Virus record (IMG/VR): IMGVR_UViG_3300032373_000002
Span: 51,449 to 115,448 of that record
DNA length: 64,000 nucleotides
Origin: a virus
Reading direction: 5' to 3' (one strand)
Both the position numbers and the translations under genes were made by a program. Of this stretch, positions 1 through 8,522 are shown one piece after another. The notes under the pieces were generated by a model that saw nothing but the letters and a program-made list of their open reading frames with translations, had not been told where the DNA came from and ran no database searches. Each line of letters opens with the position of its first letter. Positions within the stretch are counted from its first letter, which is position 1.

Positions 1-94
1 GTCCTGAAGTGGTTCGGCTCGACCAACAACTGAGACTTGGAGCTCCGGTAACAACACTTGCGCCAGGAAGCCCTAACGCCGGCAACCCATGGTG

Positions 95-151
95 GGTTGT
101 ACGGGCATCTTGGAGGCAGAGTCCGGGGGTTCGAGTCCCCCCTACAACACC
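95..151 (+). ncRNA. tRNA-like fragment (acceptor-like helix + T-arm, no D-arm)
   Basis: GGGGG-TTCGAGT-CCCCC T-arm; GTTGTA/TACAAC closing helix. Confidence 0.35.
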
Positions 152-521
152 TTCCCTACTCTAAACACCACACTCTGTTGTGTTCGGAAGGTGCCGTAAG
201 TAACCCAAGCCGCTGAAACTGACAGTAGAGCGTGTAAGGCTGAGGTGGGAGGTTGCTGGTGGAGGCTCTTGTGGCTGGATCTGGGTATCCTTGGGGAGTT
301 TAACTGCCTCCTTGAAGAGAGGTTCGATTCCTCTCCTGGCCTTTTGAGAAGAGAACTCACCTCTTTGAAAACCCAAGCTGATCGACTTCCCCCCGGAGGG
401 TGGTTGCCTCAACAGCAACACCCTCTTGGTCAGGGGACAGCCGCTGAGGGAGTGCGGCTGCTAAGGGACCAGGGTTCCCCGGACAACAACCACACCGTCC
501 AAAACCCGAACCCCTCTTCAT

Positions 522-619
522 GTACCAGGTAGCTCAACGGGAGAGTATCGCGGGGCCTACGAACTCCGGAGGTTCAGCGCCTAATGCGAAGGTTGCAGGT
601 TCGAGTCCTGCCTTGGTAC
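522..619 (+). ncRNA. tRNA-like RNA with 32-nt expanded anticodon loop (His-like G-1:C73)
   Basis: Acceptor TACCAGG/CTTGGTA, D-arm GCTC/GAGT, stem TCGCG/TGCGA, T-arm GCAGG-TTCGAGT-CCTGC. Confidence 0.7.
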
Positions 620-627
620 CTCAAATC

Positions 628-711
628 CTGAGGGTGGAGAAAATGTCATACTCGGCGGGTTGGGCACTCGCTGGCCAAGCGGTCGTGTAGGTTCGAATCC
701 TACCCCTCAGG
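628..711 (+). tRNA. atypical class II-like tRNA, anticodon GGG
   Basis: Acceptor CTGAGGG/CCCTCAG; stem GCGGG/CTCGC with loop TTGGGCA; long variable arm; T-arm GTAGG-TTCGAAT-CCTAC. Confidence 0.55.
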
Positions 712-811
712 TCGTCCCAGGCCTCCTAACGCCTCAGAGACCCTTGCAGTAGTCCGGCAAGGAGAGAGGCAGCAGGGGGTGCTGGCACCCTTCCGAGAGG
801 TACATCTGAGT

Positions 812-888
812 CGGGGAATAGCGCAGTCTGGTAGCGCAGCGGCTTTGGGAGCCGAAGGTCGTAGGTTCGAATCCTGCTTCCCCGACCA
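812..888 (+). tRNA. trnP: tRNA-Pro(TGG)
   Basis: Canonical cloverleaf, loop TTTGGGA, encoded CCA. Confidence 0.95.
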
Positions 889-939
889 CCAACACGACCT
901 TCCGCCGCGCTCTGGAGCGCTTGGCGAGCAGGTAACAAC

Positions 940-1184
940 GGATAGGCAAGCCTGATTGCCTGGTTCGGGCGGAGCAGTTCTCCTGGGGGACTGCAACACC
1001 GCTAACAAAACGAACCGAAGCAGACGGGGATGCGCATCCCCGCTGACGCTGGATGCATAAGCCTTGGGGAAGGCTGAAACCTCTGGGTCGGGGACGCCCG
1101 ATTCGGAGGAGAACCCGGCGACACCTTGCCGGCCTGGATCCGAGGCGAGTGGTGTGACCCAGTCGGGGAGAGTCCCGGCACCTT
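940..1184 (+). ncRNA. putative structured ncRNA
   Basis: No credible ORF between two tRNAs; five or more strong hairpins (e.g. CGGGGATGCGCATCCCCG); GGTAACAAC motif just upstream. Confidence 0.4.
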
Positions 1185-1257
1185 GATGACATAGCTCAGC
1201 AGGTAGAGCAGCAGATTGTTAATCTGCCGGTCCCAGGTTCGAGCCCTGGTGTCATCG
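1185..1257 (+). tRNA. trnN: tRNA-Asn(GTT)
   Basis: Cloverleaf, GCAGA-TTGTTAA-TCTGC; no CCA. Confidence 0.93.
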
Positions 1258-1289
1258 TCACCGAAAACTGAGGCAGGCCACCTCGGCTG

Positions 1290-1373
1290 CCGGACCCCCC
1301 ACCCACGCCAGACGCGCGAGCGCGCCGGGGCCAACCTGGGCTCCTCGAACGGGAGTTGGAGTGGGGGGTCCGG
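1290..1373 (+). ncRNA. long hairpin RNA element
   Basis: 13-bp perfect closing stem CCGGACCCCCCAC/GTGGGGGGTCCGG. Confidence 0.35.
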
Positions 1374-1391
1374 ATAGGTAACACCAAACAT

Positions 1392-1463
1392 CTCTCCGTA
1401 GTTCAACGGACAGAACTTCGGCCTCCTAAGCCGAAAATCCAGGTTCGAATCCTGGCGGGGAGA
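1392..1463 (+). tRNA. trnR: tRNA-Arg(CCT)
   Basis: Cloverleaf, TCGGC-CTCCTAA-GCCGA; no CCA. Confidence 0.93.
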
Positions 1464-1521
1464 CTCAACTTGACAGAGACCGTTCAACTTGTCCGGCTTG
1501 GCATAGCCAAAGGAGGACGGG

Positions 1522-1743
1522 ATGAGTCAAGAAGAAAGAGAGCGTGAGTTCTTCCAGCGCCTGTTGGCGCTCACCAAGCAGTACGGAGTGACCGAAATCG
1601 GAAGCTGCGGTTGCTGCGGGGGTGTCCGGGTCAACTGGGAGGGCGTGCAGTACGACAACGTCGAGGTCAACAAAAACGGCCTCTGCGCCAGTCGCTACGA
1701 CATCCAAGCCAAGACCTACAACGGGTCGCAGAAGCTCACATAA
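1522..1743 (+). CDS. hypothetical protein (CGCC motif)
   Basis: AGGAGG RBS, coding-like codon usage. Confidence 0.8.
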   Translation: MSQEEREREFFQRLLALTKQYGVTEIGSCGCCGGVRVNWEGVQYDNVEVNKNGLCASRYDIQAKTYNGSQKLT

Positions 1744-1821
1744 GCTCTTCGCGAGGACCTCTGCGCGCAGCCCTGCCTCTTCAGAGGGGATCGGGGTGAA
1801 GTGGGGTGACCAGGGGGAGAG

Positions 1822-2061
1822 GCCCCTTTCATTAAGCCTCAGCAACCACTTGTCCTGAGCCGCCCGTGTAGAGGGAGCAGCCGAGTAGATGTCCGGGGAG
1901 AGCGAAAGCCGAACCGGCAGTCAAGAAGGGGTTCCGAGCGGGGTCAAGTCGCAGTAGCACCAGCGTCTCGAGTAAGCTGGTCGCGACCTTCGGAGGGACA
2001 GGCATCGGAGGAGCCACACCACCTTCGGGTGGGTGCTTGGGTTCGAATCCCAAGGGGGGCC
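1822..2061 (+). ncRNA. putative ~240-nt RNA closed by a tRNA-like acceptor/T-arm domain
   Basis: T-arm TTGGG-TTCGAAT-CCCAA followed by GGGGGGC, able to pair with GCCCCTT at 1822; internal UUCG/GNRA-type hairpins. Confidence 0.45.
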
Positions 2062-2110
2062 GTTCAGTAGTTATTGCCCCTATTTCCAGCCCTGGTTGGA
2101 GGTAGGGGCA

Positions 2111-2407
2111 ATGCTTTTCTTGAAAGGGTTCCTGATAGGATCCACGTCGGTCGGTGCGGGCACGTGGCGGATGCTGTCGGTTCATGAAGGCCGCCCGCTC
2201 AACACAGTCTTGGCGTCGAGCCTTATCTCCGTCACCTACATCTTCGGGGTCAACTTCGTCGTCAAGGAGCAGTGGGCGGGCTACATCGGATTCAGCGTGG
2301 GGGCAGCCTTGGCGACCGGATTGTTGGCACACAAGAGGAAGAACCGGCCCACGGTAATCCTCCTTGAGGAGAAATGCGATGCGCGACACCCTGAGAAGGA
2401 ATCTTGA
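2111..2407 (+). CDS. small membrane protein
   Basis: GGAGG RBS; about three hydrophobic segments. Confidence 0.7.
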   Translation: MLFLKGFLIGSTSVGAGTWRMLSVHEGRPLNTVLASSLISVTYIFGVNFVVKEQWAGYIGFSVGAALATGLLAHKRKNRPTVILLEEKCDARHPEKES

Positions 2408-2903
2408 CTCCCTCCAGCGCCTGGAGGAGGAAGAAGACCGGCTGAAAGCCCAGCTCCACAAGGTTCAGCAAGCCAAGGTTCAGCACTGCCAGGACATGAA
2501 GCGGGACGGGAACAACCCCTTCCGGTGCGGGGCGGGGACCTGCATCCTCTTGGTTCCCGGCGTGCCCGTTGGCCAGCACACCAACGGTGGGTGCAGGTGC
2601 CTGGGCAACCGGCTGGAACCCAAGACGCGAGTTCGCGTCCGTTCCGGAATCCTCTGGCTCCGCCAGCGGCTCAAGAACGTCTACGCAGGGGACGAATGGT
2701 GCGGTGGAGGCTACCACTGCGACGCGGGGATGGACGCTGCCAGCTTCTCTTCCGACCTGGACCTCATCTTGGGGGAACTGGGCATGACCAGCTACAGCTC
2801 CATCAAGGAGGTCACTGACCGCATTGCTGAGATGCGCCGGACGAGCGAGCAGCTCAAGGCCGAGAACGAAGACCTCCTGAGCGGGGTGGGCCTGGATGGT
2901 TGA
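2379..2903 (+). CDS. hypothetical protein, Cys-rich, coiled coil
   Basis: GAGGAG RBS, ORF. Confidence 0.75.
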   Translation: MRDTLRRNLDSLQRLEEEEDRLKAQLHKVQQAKVQHCQDMKRDGNNPFRCGAGTCILLVPGVPVGQHTNGGCRCLGNRLEPKTRVRVRSGILWLRQRLKNVYAGDEWCGGGYHCDAGMDAASFSSDLDLILGELGMTSYSSIKEVTDRIAEMRRTSEQLKAENEDLLSGVGLDG

Positions 2904-3129
2904 GGTCTTCCTCACTTCGGTCCTCACCTCGTGCATCGTCGGACTGTGGTTGATCAGCCGGAGCCAGCCGGGGCAAGGGGTTCCGCTCACGGGGGCGCGG
3001 GTCCTTGCCCAGTACACGTCCCTGGCGTACCTGATTGCCCTCTTGGTCGTAGACTGGAGGTTCGGGGCTCTGGCCACCGTAATCATGACCGCAACCTTGC
3101 GCCCCCACGATGAGCAGGAGCCCTCATGA
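2896..3129 (+). CDS. small membrane protein
   Basis: Overlapping start, hydrophobic. Confidence 0.6.
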   Translation: MVEVFLTSVLTSCIVGLWLISRSQPGQGVPLTGARVLAQYTSLAYLIALLVVDWRFGALATVIMTATLRPHDEQEPS

Positions 3130-3244
3130 ACGGACTGCTGGCCTCCCTCTGGATTCCCGCCGCAGGCCTCGGAGTGTGCAGAACGGCACCTCTTGGCCGG
3201 TTCGGTCTTCTTTCATCCTCCACGGGGTGCTCTACATCGCAATC

Positions 3245-3544
3245 ATGGAGTTCACCGTGAACAGGATGAAGACCGCAAGTCTGATGGGGGTGGTCTTCCG
3301 CATCCGCGACGAAACGGGTCCTGAGTTGGAGCCGTTCGTGCTGTGGGTCGCCAGCCAAGACCAAGGTCCCTACGAGGTGTTCTACAAGGCCCCGGAACCC
3401 AAGACCGACAAGAGCACGGAGGAGGTACGGCACTTCCCGGTCGAGAGCCTGTACCTCCGCACTCCAGCGGCGACCTACGCCCTGGAGGTCGTGCTTGGGG
3501 TCGACCGTAAGGTGCACCACCTCAAGGTGAGAATGGAGCACTGA
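3245..3544 (+). CDS. hypothetical protein (start uncertain)
   Basis: ORF abutting next gene. Confidence 0.65.
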   Translation: MEFTVNRMKTASLMGVVFRIRDETGPELEPFVLWVASQDQGPYEVFYKAPEPKTDKSTEEVRHFPVESLYLRTPAATYALEVVLGVDRKVHHLKVRMEH

Positions 3545-4063
3545 ATGGGACTGTTCCTCGGATTTGCCGTCCTGCTGGGCCTCTTGTGCCTGTCGACGTA
3601 CCACTACTGGCACATCCAGGGCCACGGGCCGAACATGCTGGCATGGGGTTCTCTCGGAACCCTCGCCGGCACCTTCTTCCTGGTCGGCCTGGAGAGCGGG
3701 GTCTTGTACGCCACCCTGCTCCTGATCGAAGCGGCCGTCATCTTCTGGTTGCTGCACACCTTCCGCGTCTGGGAAAACCCGGAACCCCTCAACACCACCG
3801 TCAGCGAAGACGACACACCCGAGGCCGAACCCATGATGGTCGACAACCCGGATGGGGCATACTTCTTGGTGCTGGATGGCGAGTACAGCCTCTCCAACGA
3901 AGAGTGCATCGACGCACTCCGAGCCTACAAAGCGAAGGGTTGGGTACTCGACACGCGAGGAGAGTACATGGTCTGGAGAGGGGACCAGCGTGTTGGCGAC
4001 ACGGAGGTCTTCTGGCGCGGAGGCAAGACCTACATCCCGATCATGTGGGGGGAAGAAGAGTGA
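3545..4063 (+). CDS. membrane protein, N-terminal TM helices
   Basis: ORF coupled to neighbours. Confidence 0.75.
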   Translation: MGLFLGFAVLLGLLCLSTYHYWHIQGHGPNMLAWGSLGTLAGTFFLVGLESGVLYATLLLIEAAVIFWLLHTFRVWENPEPLNTTVSEDDTPEAEPMMVDNPDGAYFLVLDGEYSLSNEECIDALRAYKAKGWVLDTRGEYMVWRGDQRVGDTEVFWRGGKTYIPIMWGEEE

Positions 4064-4536
4064 TGCTGAAGGGACACCAGAAGGGTGAGTTGCCCCTCCA
4101 GAAGGGGGACCGGATTCGCGTTCCTCGCGGCACCTTGATCCGCACCACCAACCCAAGCAAGCCGCGCGAATACCGCTCCAAGGTCTCGCGGACCGTTCGA
4201 GTGGACCACACCCTCTCGGGCCAGAGCATCGTGGTGGCATTCAAGCATCCCACACGCTACATCCGGGGGTCGATGCACTGGCGGGACTTCTACAACATCT
4301 GCCAGAACAGGGGCCTCGACTACCCCTACCAGCAAGAGCCCCCCATCGACGAGCTGCTGGCCATGTTCAAGGAAGCCGGCATCGAGCTGGAAGAGCGGGA
4401 CGCGCTGGGCGGCAAGTACCAGAACGTCTGGCTCCATCTCAACAACCCGAGCGTTCGGTGGGCGGGCTCCGGCGGCTACTGGTGCGAAGCCGACATCAAC
4501 GACGTGGGGAAGCACCCGCAACTGGATATCCGGTAA
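4063..4536 (+). CDS. hypothetical protein
   Basis: TGATG coupling. Confidence 0.75.
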   Translation: MLKGHQKGELPLQKGDRIRVPRGTLIRTTNPSKPREYRSKVSRTVRVDHTLSGQSIVVAFKHPTRYIRGSMHWRDFYNICQNRGLDYPYQQEPPIDELLAMFKEAGIELEERDALGGKYQNVWLHLNNPSVRWAGSGGYWCEADINDVGKHPQLDIR

Positions 4537-4543
4537 CAACCTG

Positions 4544-4702
4544 TGCTCTGAAGGTTGCGTCAAGACGGTTCGAGTCCGTCGTCCCCTGGGCGCTTTGGGG
4601 GCGGGAGTTCGATTCTCCCCACCACCCTCTTTCGAGTAGGTGGTGCCAGGACGGCAAATAGGGTAGCACCCGCGCAGGGAGGTTCGATTCCTCCCCAGAG
4701 CA
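4544..4702 (+). ncRNA. tRNA-like RNA with three T-arms
   Basis: TGCTCTG/CAGAGCA closing helix; TTCGA T-loop hairpins at 4564, 4603 and 4678. Confidence 0.7.
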
Positions 4703-4723
4703 TTTAACCTCACCCGTAGCGCT

Positions 4724-5032
4724 ATGGCAGACTTCGACGTGAAGATCAACCCTCGCTGGAGCAACTACGCAGCGTGGGAACTGTCGGTTCCCGGCAATCA
4801 GTGGAACCAAGAGGTCCTCCTGCGCCTGGAGGACCTCAACCACCCAGCGTTCTTAGAATTCCTCACGCAACCGGGCTACCCTCGCATGAGCTTCTGCCTG
4901 CGGGAGGGGGTCCCGCAAGGGTTCGCCTTGTTGGCAGGAGAGGTGTTCTTGGCCTGCTCATACCAAGAGGTAAGCAAAGCCATGTCCAGGATCGTCGAAG
5001 CCCTGCCTGACCCGTCCACCCTGGAGTTCTGA
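4724..5032 (+). CDS. hypothetical protein
   Basis: ORF coupled to next gene. Confidence 0.7.
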   Translation: MADFDVKINPRWSNYAAWELSVPGNQWNQEVLLRLEDLNHPAFLEFLTQPGYPRMSFCLREGVPQGFALLAGEVFLACSYQEVSKAMSRIVEALPDPSTLEF

Positions 5033-5409
5033 TGCGTGCCCTGCTGATCGACGACAACCCCTACAGCCTTGAGCGAGACATGCGAGAGCTGATGGGGTGG
5101 GAGGTCACGGTGGCCGAGGACGGACGAGAGGCGGTGGGCATAGGCCCCCGCCTGAAAGATTTCGACCTGATCTTGCTGGACCACCGAATGCCTTTCTTCT
5201 ACGGCGACGAGGTCTTGGTCGAATGGCAGCGGGAAGGCATCGACGCCTGCCTGCTCCCGATCTTCCGCATCTCCTCCTTGAGGGAAGGCAAGTACCCGAG
5301 GCAGGTCCCTTGGGTCGGCAAGGCGTTGGGGTGCAGCAAGCTCCGACTCCTTCAGCAGTGGGCCGAGGGAGGGCTGGAAGACGAGGAGTTGCTGCGGAAA
5401 CTGCGATGA
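5032..5409 (+). CDS. single-domain response regulator receiver (CheY-like)
   Basis: LLIDDN and DLILLDHRMP receiver motifs. Confidence 0.8.
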   Translation: MRALLIDDNPYSLERDMRELMGWEVTVAEDGREAVGIGPRLKDFDLILLDHRMPFFYGDEVLVEWQREGIDACLLPIFRISSLREGKYPRQVPWVGKALGCSKLRLLQQWAEGGLEDEELLRKLR

Positions 5410-5422
5410 ACGGGGGAAGGAT

Positions 5423-5869
5423 GTGAGTGACTCTTTCGAAAGGCACCTCGCTTCTCCCGGCCAGGCGGCTCTGGCGCTGCACGACGCGGTTCGGGACGCC
5501 AACATCTTGGTCGACGAGGAACGGCACCATGCCCTAACTGCCCAGCTGTACGAACTGCTGACATCCTTGGACCCGGCGCTGCTGGAGCGCTTGGAGTACC
5601 TCCAACTGCTGGAGAGTCAAGAATCGTTCCTCCGGGACAAAGGGTTCCAGGCTGAGCTGGAGCGGCGACTCAGCCTGGAGAAGCCCGCGCGAGGATACAG
5701 CGACCGCTCTCGGCTCGAACGGCGGGACCAGGAGGTCATTGCACGGGGCTTCGCCCAGGCCCTCAAAGGCTTCCAAGAGGCGCAACAGAAGATGCAACAA
5801 ATCATTGCCGAATATCGAGCCGAGTTCGCCCGAGCGGCCAACAAAGCGGCAAGCCTGCCCGGAGGGTAA
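5423..5869 (+). CDS. hypothetical helical protein
   Basis: ORF. Confidence 0.7.
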   Translation: MSDSFERHLASPGQAALALHDAVRDANILVDEERHHALTAQLYELLTSLDPALLERLEYLQLLESQESFLRDKGFQAELERRLSLEKPARGYSDRSRLERRDQEVIARGFAQALKGFQEAQQKMQQIIAEYRAEFARAANKAASLPGG

Positions 5870-5878
5870 GGGGGTATT

Positions 5879-5950
5879 GAGCGTGTCGTCAAGTGGTAAG
5901 ACACCGGGTTTTGGTTCCGGCACTCGCAGGTTCGAATCCTGCCACGCTCG
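5879..5950 (+). tRNA. trnQ: tRNA-Gln(TTG)
   Basis: Cloverleaf, CCGGG-TTTTGGT-TCCGG; no CCA. Confidence 0.9.
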
Positions 5951-6027
5951 TTCGAGCAGCGATCAGCAAGAGGAAGCGCCGATGTTCGGGTAGACCCCCT
6001 ATGCGACGGACACCGTAAGGAGAACCC

Positions 6028-6351
6028 ATGAACAAGCTCAGCCACATCCTGACAACCGAAGGTCTTCGGAAGAAGGCGCGTCCCGATGACGTGGAGTTCA
6101 CCGTCACCCTTCGCGGACCTCCGGCCCTGGTCGAGCGGGTGAAGCTGCTGCTGCGCACCATCAACCTCCTGGGCAACGTGGGGGCCAGCCGGGACGTCCG
6201 CATCGGTATTGACGGCGACGGGGCTGACCGGCTTGATGTCCATGAACTGAGGAACATGGACATCACCCAGGAGGCTGACCCGCAGCTGGAAGAGGATGCA
6301 CTCCGCATCACGGAAGGTGGAGGACTGGTCGGGGAACGCTGGAACCCCTGA
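6028..6351 (+). CDS. hypothetical protein with MNxLxxILxxEGL leader
   Basis: AAGGAG RBS; shared N-terminal leader. Confidence 0.8.
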   Translation: MNKLSHILTTEGLRKKARPDDVEFTVTLRGPPALVERVKLLLRTINLLGNVGASRDVRIGIDGDGADRLDVHELRNMDITQEADPQLEEDALRITEGGGLVGERWNP

Positions 6352-6370
6352 CCGGAAGGTAACCCCTCAT

Positions 6371-6446
6371 GCGAGTGTAGCTCAATTGGTAGAGCATCGG
6401 CCTTCCAAGCCGAGGGTTGTGGGTTCGACCCCCATCACTCGCTCCA
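6371..6446 (+). tRNA. trnG: tRNA-Gly(TCC)
   Basis: Canonical cloverleaf with CCA. Confidence 0.95.
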
Positions 6447-6453
6447 AATAGCA

Positions 6454-6543
6454 AGATCCCCCCAACCGCTAAAGTGGACCTGCCCTCCGTGATTGTGGCC
6501 GGAGGGCAGTGGACCTGCCCTCGCGGAGCGGTTGGGGGGATCT
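6454..6543 (+). repeat. 17-bp inverted repeat enclosing a 14-nt direct repeat
   Basis: AGATCCCCCCAACCGCT...AGCGGTTGGGGGGATCT; GTGGACCTGCCCTC twice. Confidence 0.8.
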
Positions 6544-6562
6544 AAGTTCTTCCGGAGTGCCC

Positions 6563-6790
6563 ATGGACCTGACGCCCGCCAGCATCAGACTGAATGAAGA
6601 ACGCTTCATTCAAAACATCATCCTGACGGCATGGCCGACCACCTACTGCGTCGGGCACGAAGAGGACACCCCGTGGCCCTTGGTTGCCTTCGACCACCTC
6701 GGGTTCGAGCTGGGCCGGTTCAGATCAAGCCGCTACAGCGCTCGCCGCCTGACTGCCACACTGGAAAGACTCCGTAAACGGGGAAGGTAA
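6563..6790 (+). CDS. hypothetical protein
   Basis: GGAG RBS, ORF. Confidence 0.6.
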   Translation: MDLTPASIRLNEERFIQNIILTAWPTTYCVGHEEDTPWPLVAFDHLGFELGRFRSSRYSARRLTATLERLRKRGR

Positions 6791-6816
6791 ACGCACCGCG
6801 AACCCAAGGAGAATCG

Positions 6817-7893
6817 ATGCCCAAGATCGACCCGAAGTCCCATATTCAAGTCCGGAGGCCGGGCAATCAGAACGTCATAGGGCTCATAAGCCGCCACCCA
6901 GTCCTCCGGAAGAGCTATCTGGTCTTCTGGAACGACCAAAAGGTCGGCCACTTCACTGCCAAATCCGTCGAGGCGGAATCCACGGTGGCCGCAGCCTTCC
7001 GTCTGCCCGGCATCCTCCGGGCAGGAGGCTTCGTGGTTCTCAAGGGGGTCGATGACCCGAAGCATGTGTACTGGATCGAAAAACTGGATGGGTATGCGTC
7101 CACGGTGCGGCGCGTCCTACCCGGCAGGGGGATTGGCTCCGAGACCTTCAGGTTCAAGAACAAGCTCTTGAGCCCCCTCCAGGGCCACGAGACCGACATC
7201 CACGTCTACAACCGTCAGACAGAGGACGAGAAAGAGGCCAGCAACCTCGCCCGCGAGGTTGAGAAGCTGCGGGACACTCTGATCTCCTCCGGACAACAAG
7301 ACTTGCTCGAAGGGCTGGAGCCCAGTAACCTCGGGCAGGGCCAGGAAGGGTCCAACACTGAAGAGGAAGCCCCCATGAACAAAACCGCTTGGACCAACGC
7401 AGGAGATGATGACATGAGCAAGACCGCGCAGAGCGACAGCGGACCCCGCTTCGACAGCACCAAGGAGCTGATGCAGTACGGCGTCAAGCTGGGCCTGGGC
7501 AAGGCTGCCCAGGAGCAGGCCATCGAGCAGCTCAAGGAACGCTTCCCCACCCAGGCTGCCATGTTCGACAACCCCATGTTCCTCGCGGGCCTCAAGATGG
7601 CCGTGCCGCTCATGGGCCTCCAGCTCGCCGGACACATCAAGAGCGACCGTATCTCCACCAAGGTCACCGACGCCAGCCAGGCGATGCTGCTGGTCAACAC
7701 CATCGACGGCACTGCCGAGGTCACCGGCGCTGTTGCCTCCCAGATGATGGAGCTGGGAGCCTTCCTGCTCGGCCTCTACGGCATCGGCGGCGAGGAGGCA
7801 GCAGCCACCACCCACCAGCTGATGCAGGACTTCGGGGTCGACGCCGATGAGGTCCTGGGCAAGACGAGCACGAAGGGCAAGGTCCCCGCATGA
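6817..7893 (+). CDS. hypothetical protein (possible internal start at 7375)
   Basis: AAGGAG RBS; long ORF. Confidence 0.8.
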   Translation: MPKIDPKSHIQVRRPGNQNVIGLISRHPVLRKSYLVFWNDQKVGHFTAKSVEAESTVAAAFRLPGILRAGGFVVLKGVDDPKHVYWIEKLDGYASTVRRVLPGRGIGSETFRFKNKLLSPLQGHETDIHVYNRQTEDEKEASNLAREVEKLRDTLISSGQQDLLEGLEPSNLGQGQEGSNTEEEAPMNKTAWTNAGDDDMSKTAQSDSGPRFDSTKELMQYGVKLGLGKAAQEQAIEQLKERFPTQAAMFDNPMFLAGLKMAVPLMGLQLAGHIKSDRISTKVTDASQAMLLVNTIDGTAEVTGAVASQMMELGAFLLGLYGIGGEEAAATTHQLMQDFGVDADEVLGKTSTKGKVPA

Positions 7894-8192
7894 AGGGCTA
7901 CCCAGACGGCTACCCGGCACCGGGCGACGTGGTCGCAGTGCCGGGTTCAGCGCCGATTCCCGTGACCCAGTCCATCCCGGAGTACGGGGTAGTGGTGCTC
8001 TGCGACGCGGACGACCCCGAGGAAGCCCTCCGAGAGAACCGCATGACCCACGCGATCATGCCTCACAACGACGGCCAGCACGTTCAGGTCTACGACCCCG
8101 AGGGGAACCTGAACCGGCCCGGCAAGCACATCCTCAGCCACATCGAGGGGACCAAGCCCGGTAAGCGGATGTACAAGATCCACGAACCCTGA
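7890..8192 (+). CDS. hypothetical protein
   Basis: ATGA coupling. Confidence 0.75.
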   Translation: MKGYPDGYPAPGDVVAVPGSAPIPVTQSIPEYGVVVLCDADDPEEALRENRMTHAIMPHNDGQHVQVYDPEGNLNRPGKHILSHIEGTKPGKRMYKIHEP

Positions 8193-8204
8193 AAGGAGGG
8201 GCGG

Positions 8205-8522
8205 ATGCCTCCCGAACCGAGACCTGAATATCTGGCCTGGATCCGTTCCAGGCCAGGCTGGCATTCGACCGCCGAGATCTGGCAGGCCAACCAACGCGGC
8301 TGGGACAAAGAGGTCGCTGCCCAGTTCTGCCAGTGGTTGAGCCTGGGACCCCGGCGATTGGCGATGGCGATCCCCGCCCAGCTCTACATCAAGCTGGAGC
8401 GGGAGATCGAGTTCTTGGGGGACACCCTGCAGTTCCTGCTCCAGGGCGGCGACCTGATGGTCTACTACAAGGACGGGAGACCGATGTGGCGGGCGTGCGA
8501 TCCGACCAGGACAGAAGAGTAA
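8205..8522 (+). CDS. hypothetical protein
   Basis: AGGAGG RBS. Confidence 0.75.
   Translation: MPPEPRPEYLAWIRSRPGWHSTAEIWQANQRGWDKEVAAQFCQWLSLGPRRLAMAIPAQLYIKLEREIEFLGDTLQFLLQGGDLMVYYKDGRPMWRACDPTRTEE

Noticed and set aside
553-584. Group I intron in a tRNA anticodon loop
   Set aside because: 32 nt is far too short for a catalytic core.
940-1184. RNase P RNA
   Set aside because: Only AGAACCCGGC resembles the 3' P4 strand; the GAGGAAAGTCC signature is missing.
1822-2061. Bona fide tmRNA (ssrA)
   Set aside because: No GGGG 5' end or G3:U70, no ACCA end, no tag-like reading frame.
6474-6522. IS3-like terminal repeats (TGGACCTGCCC)
   Set aside because: The copies are direct rather than inverted, and no transposase is present.
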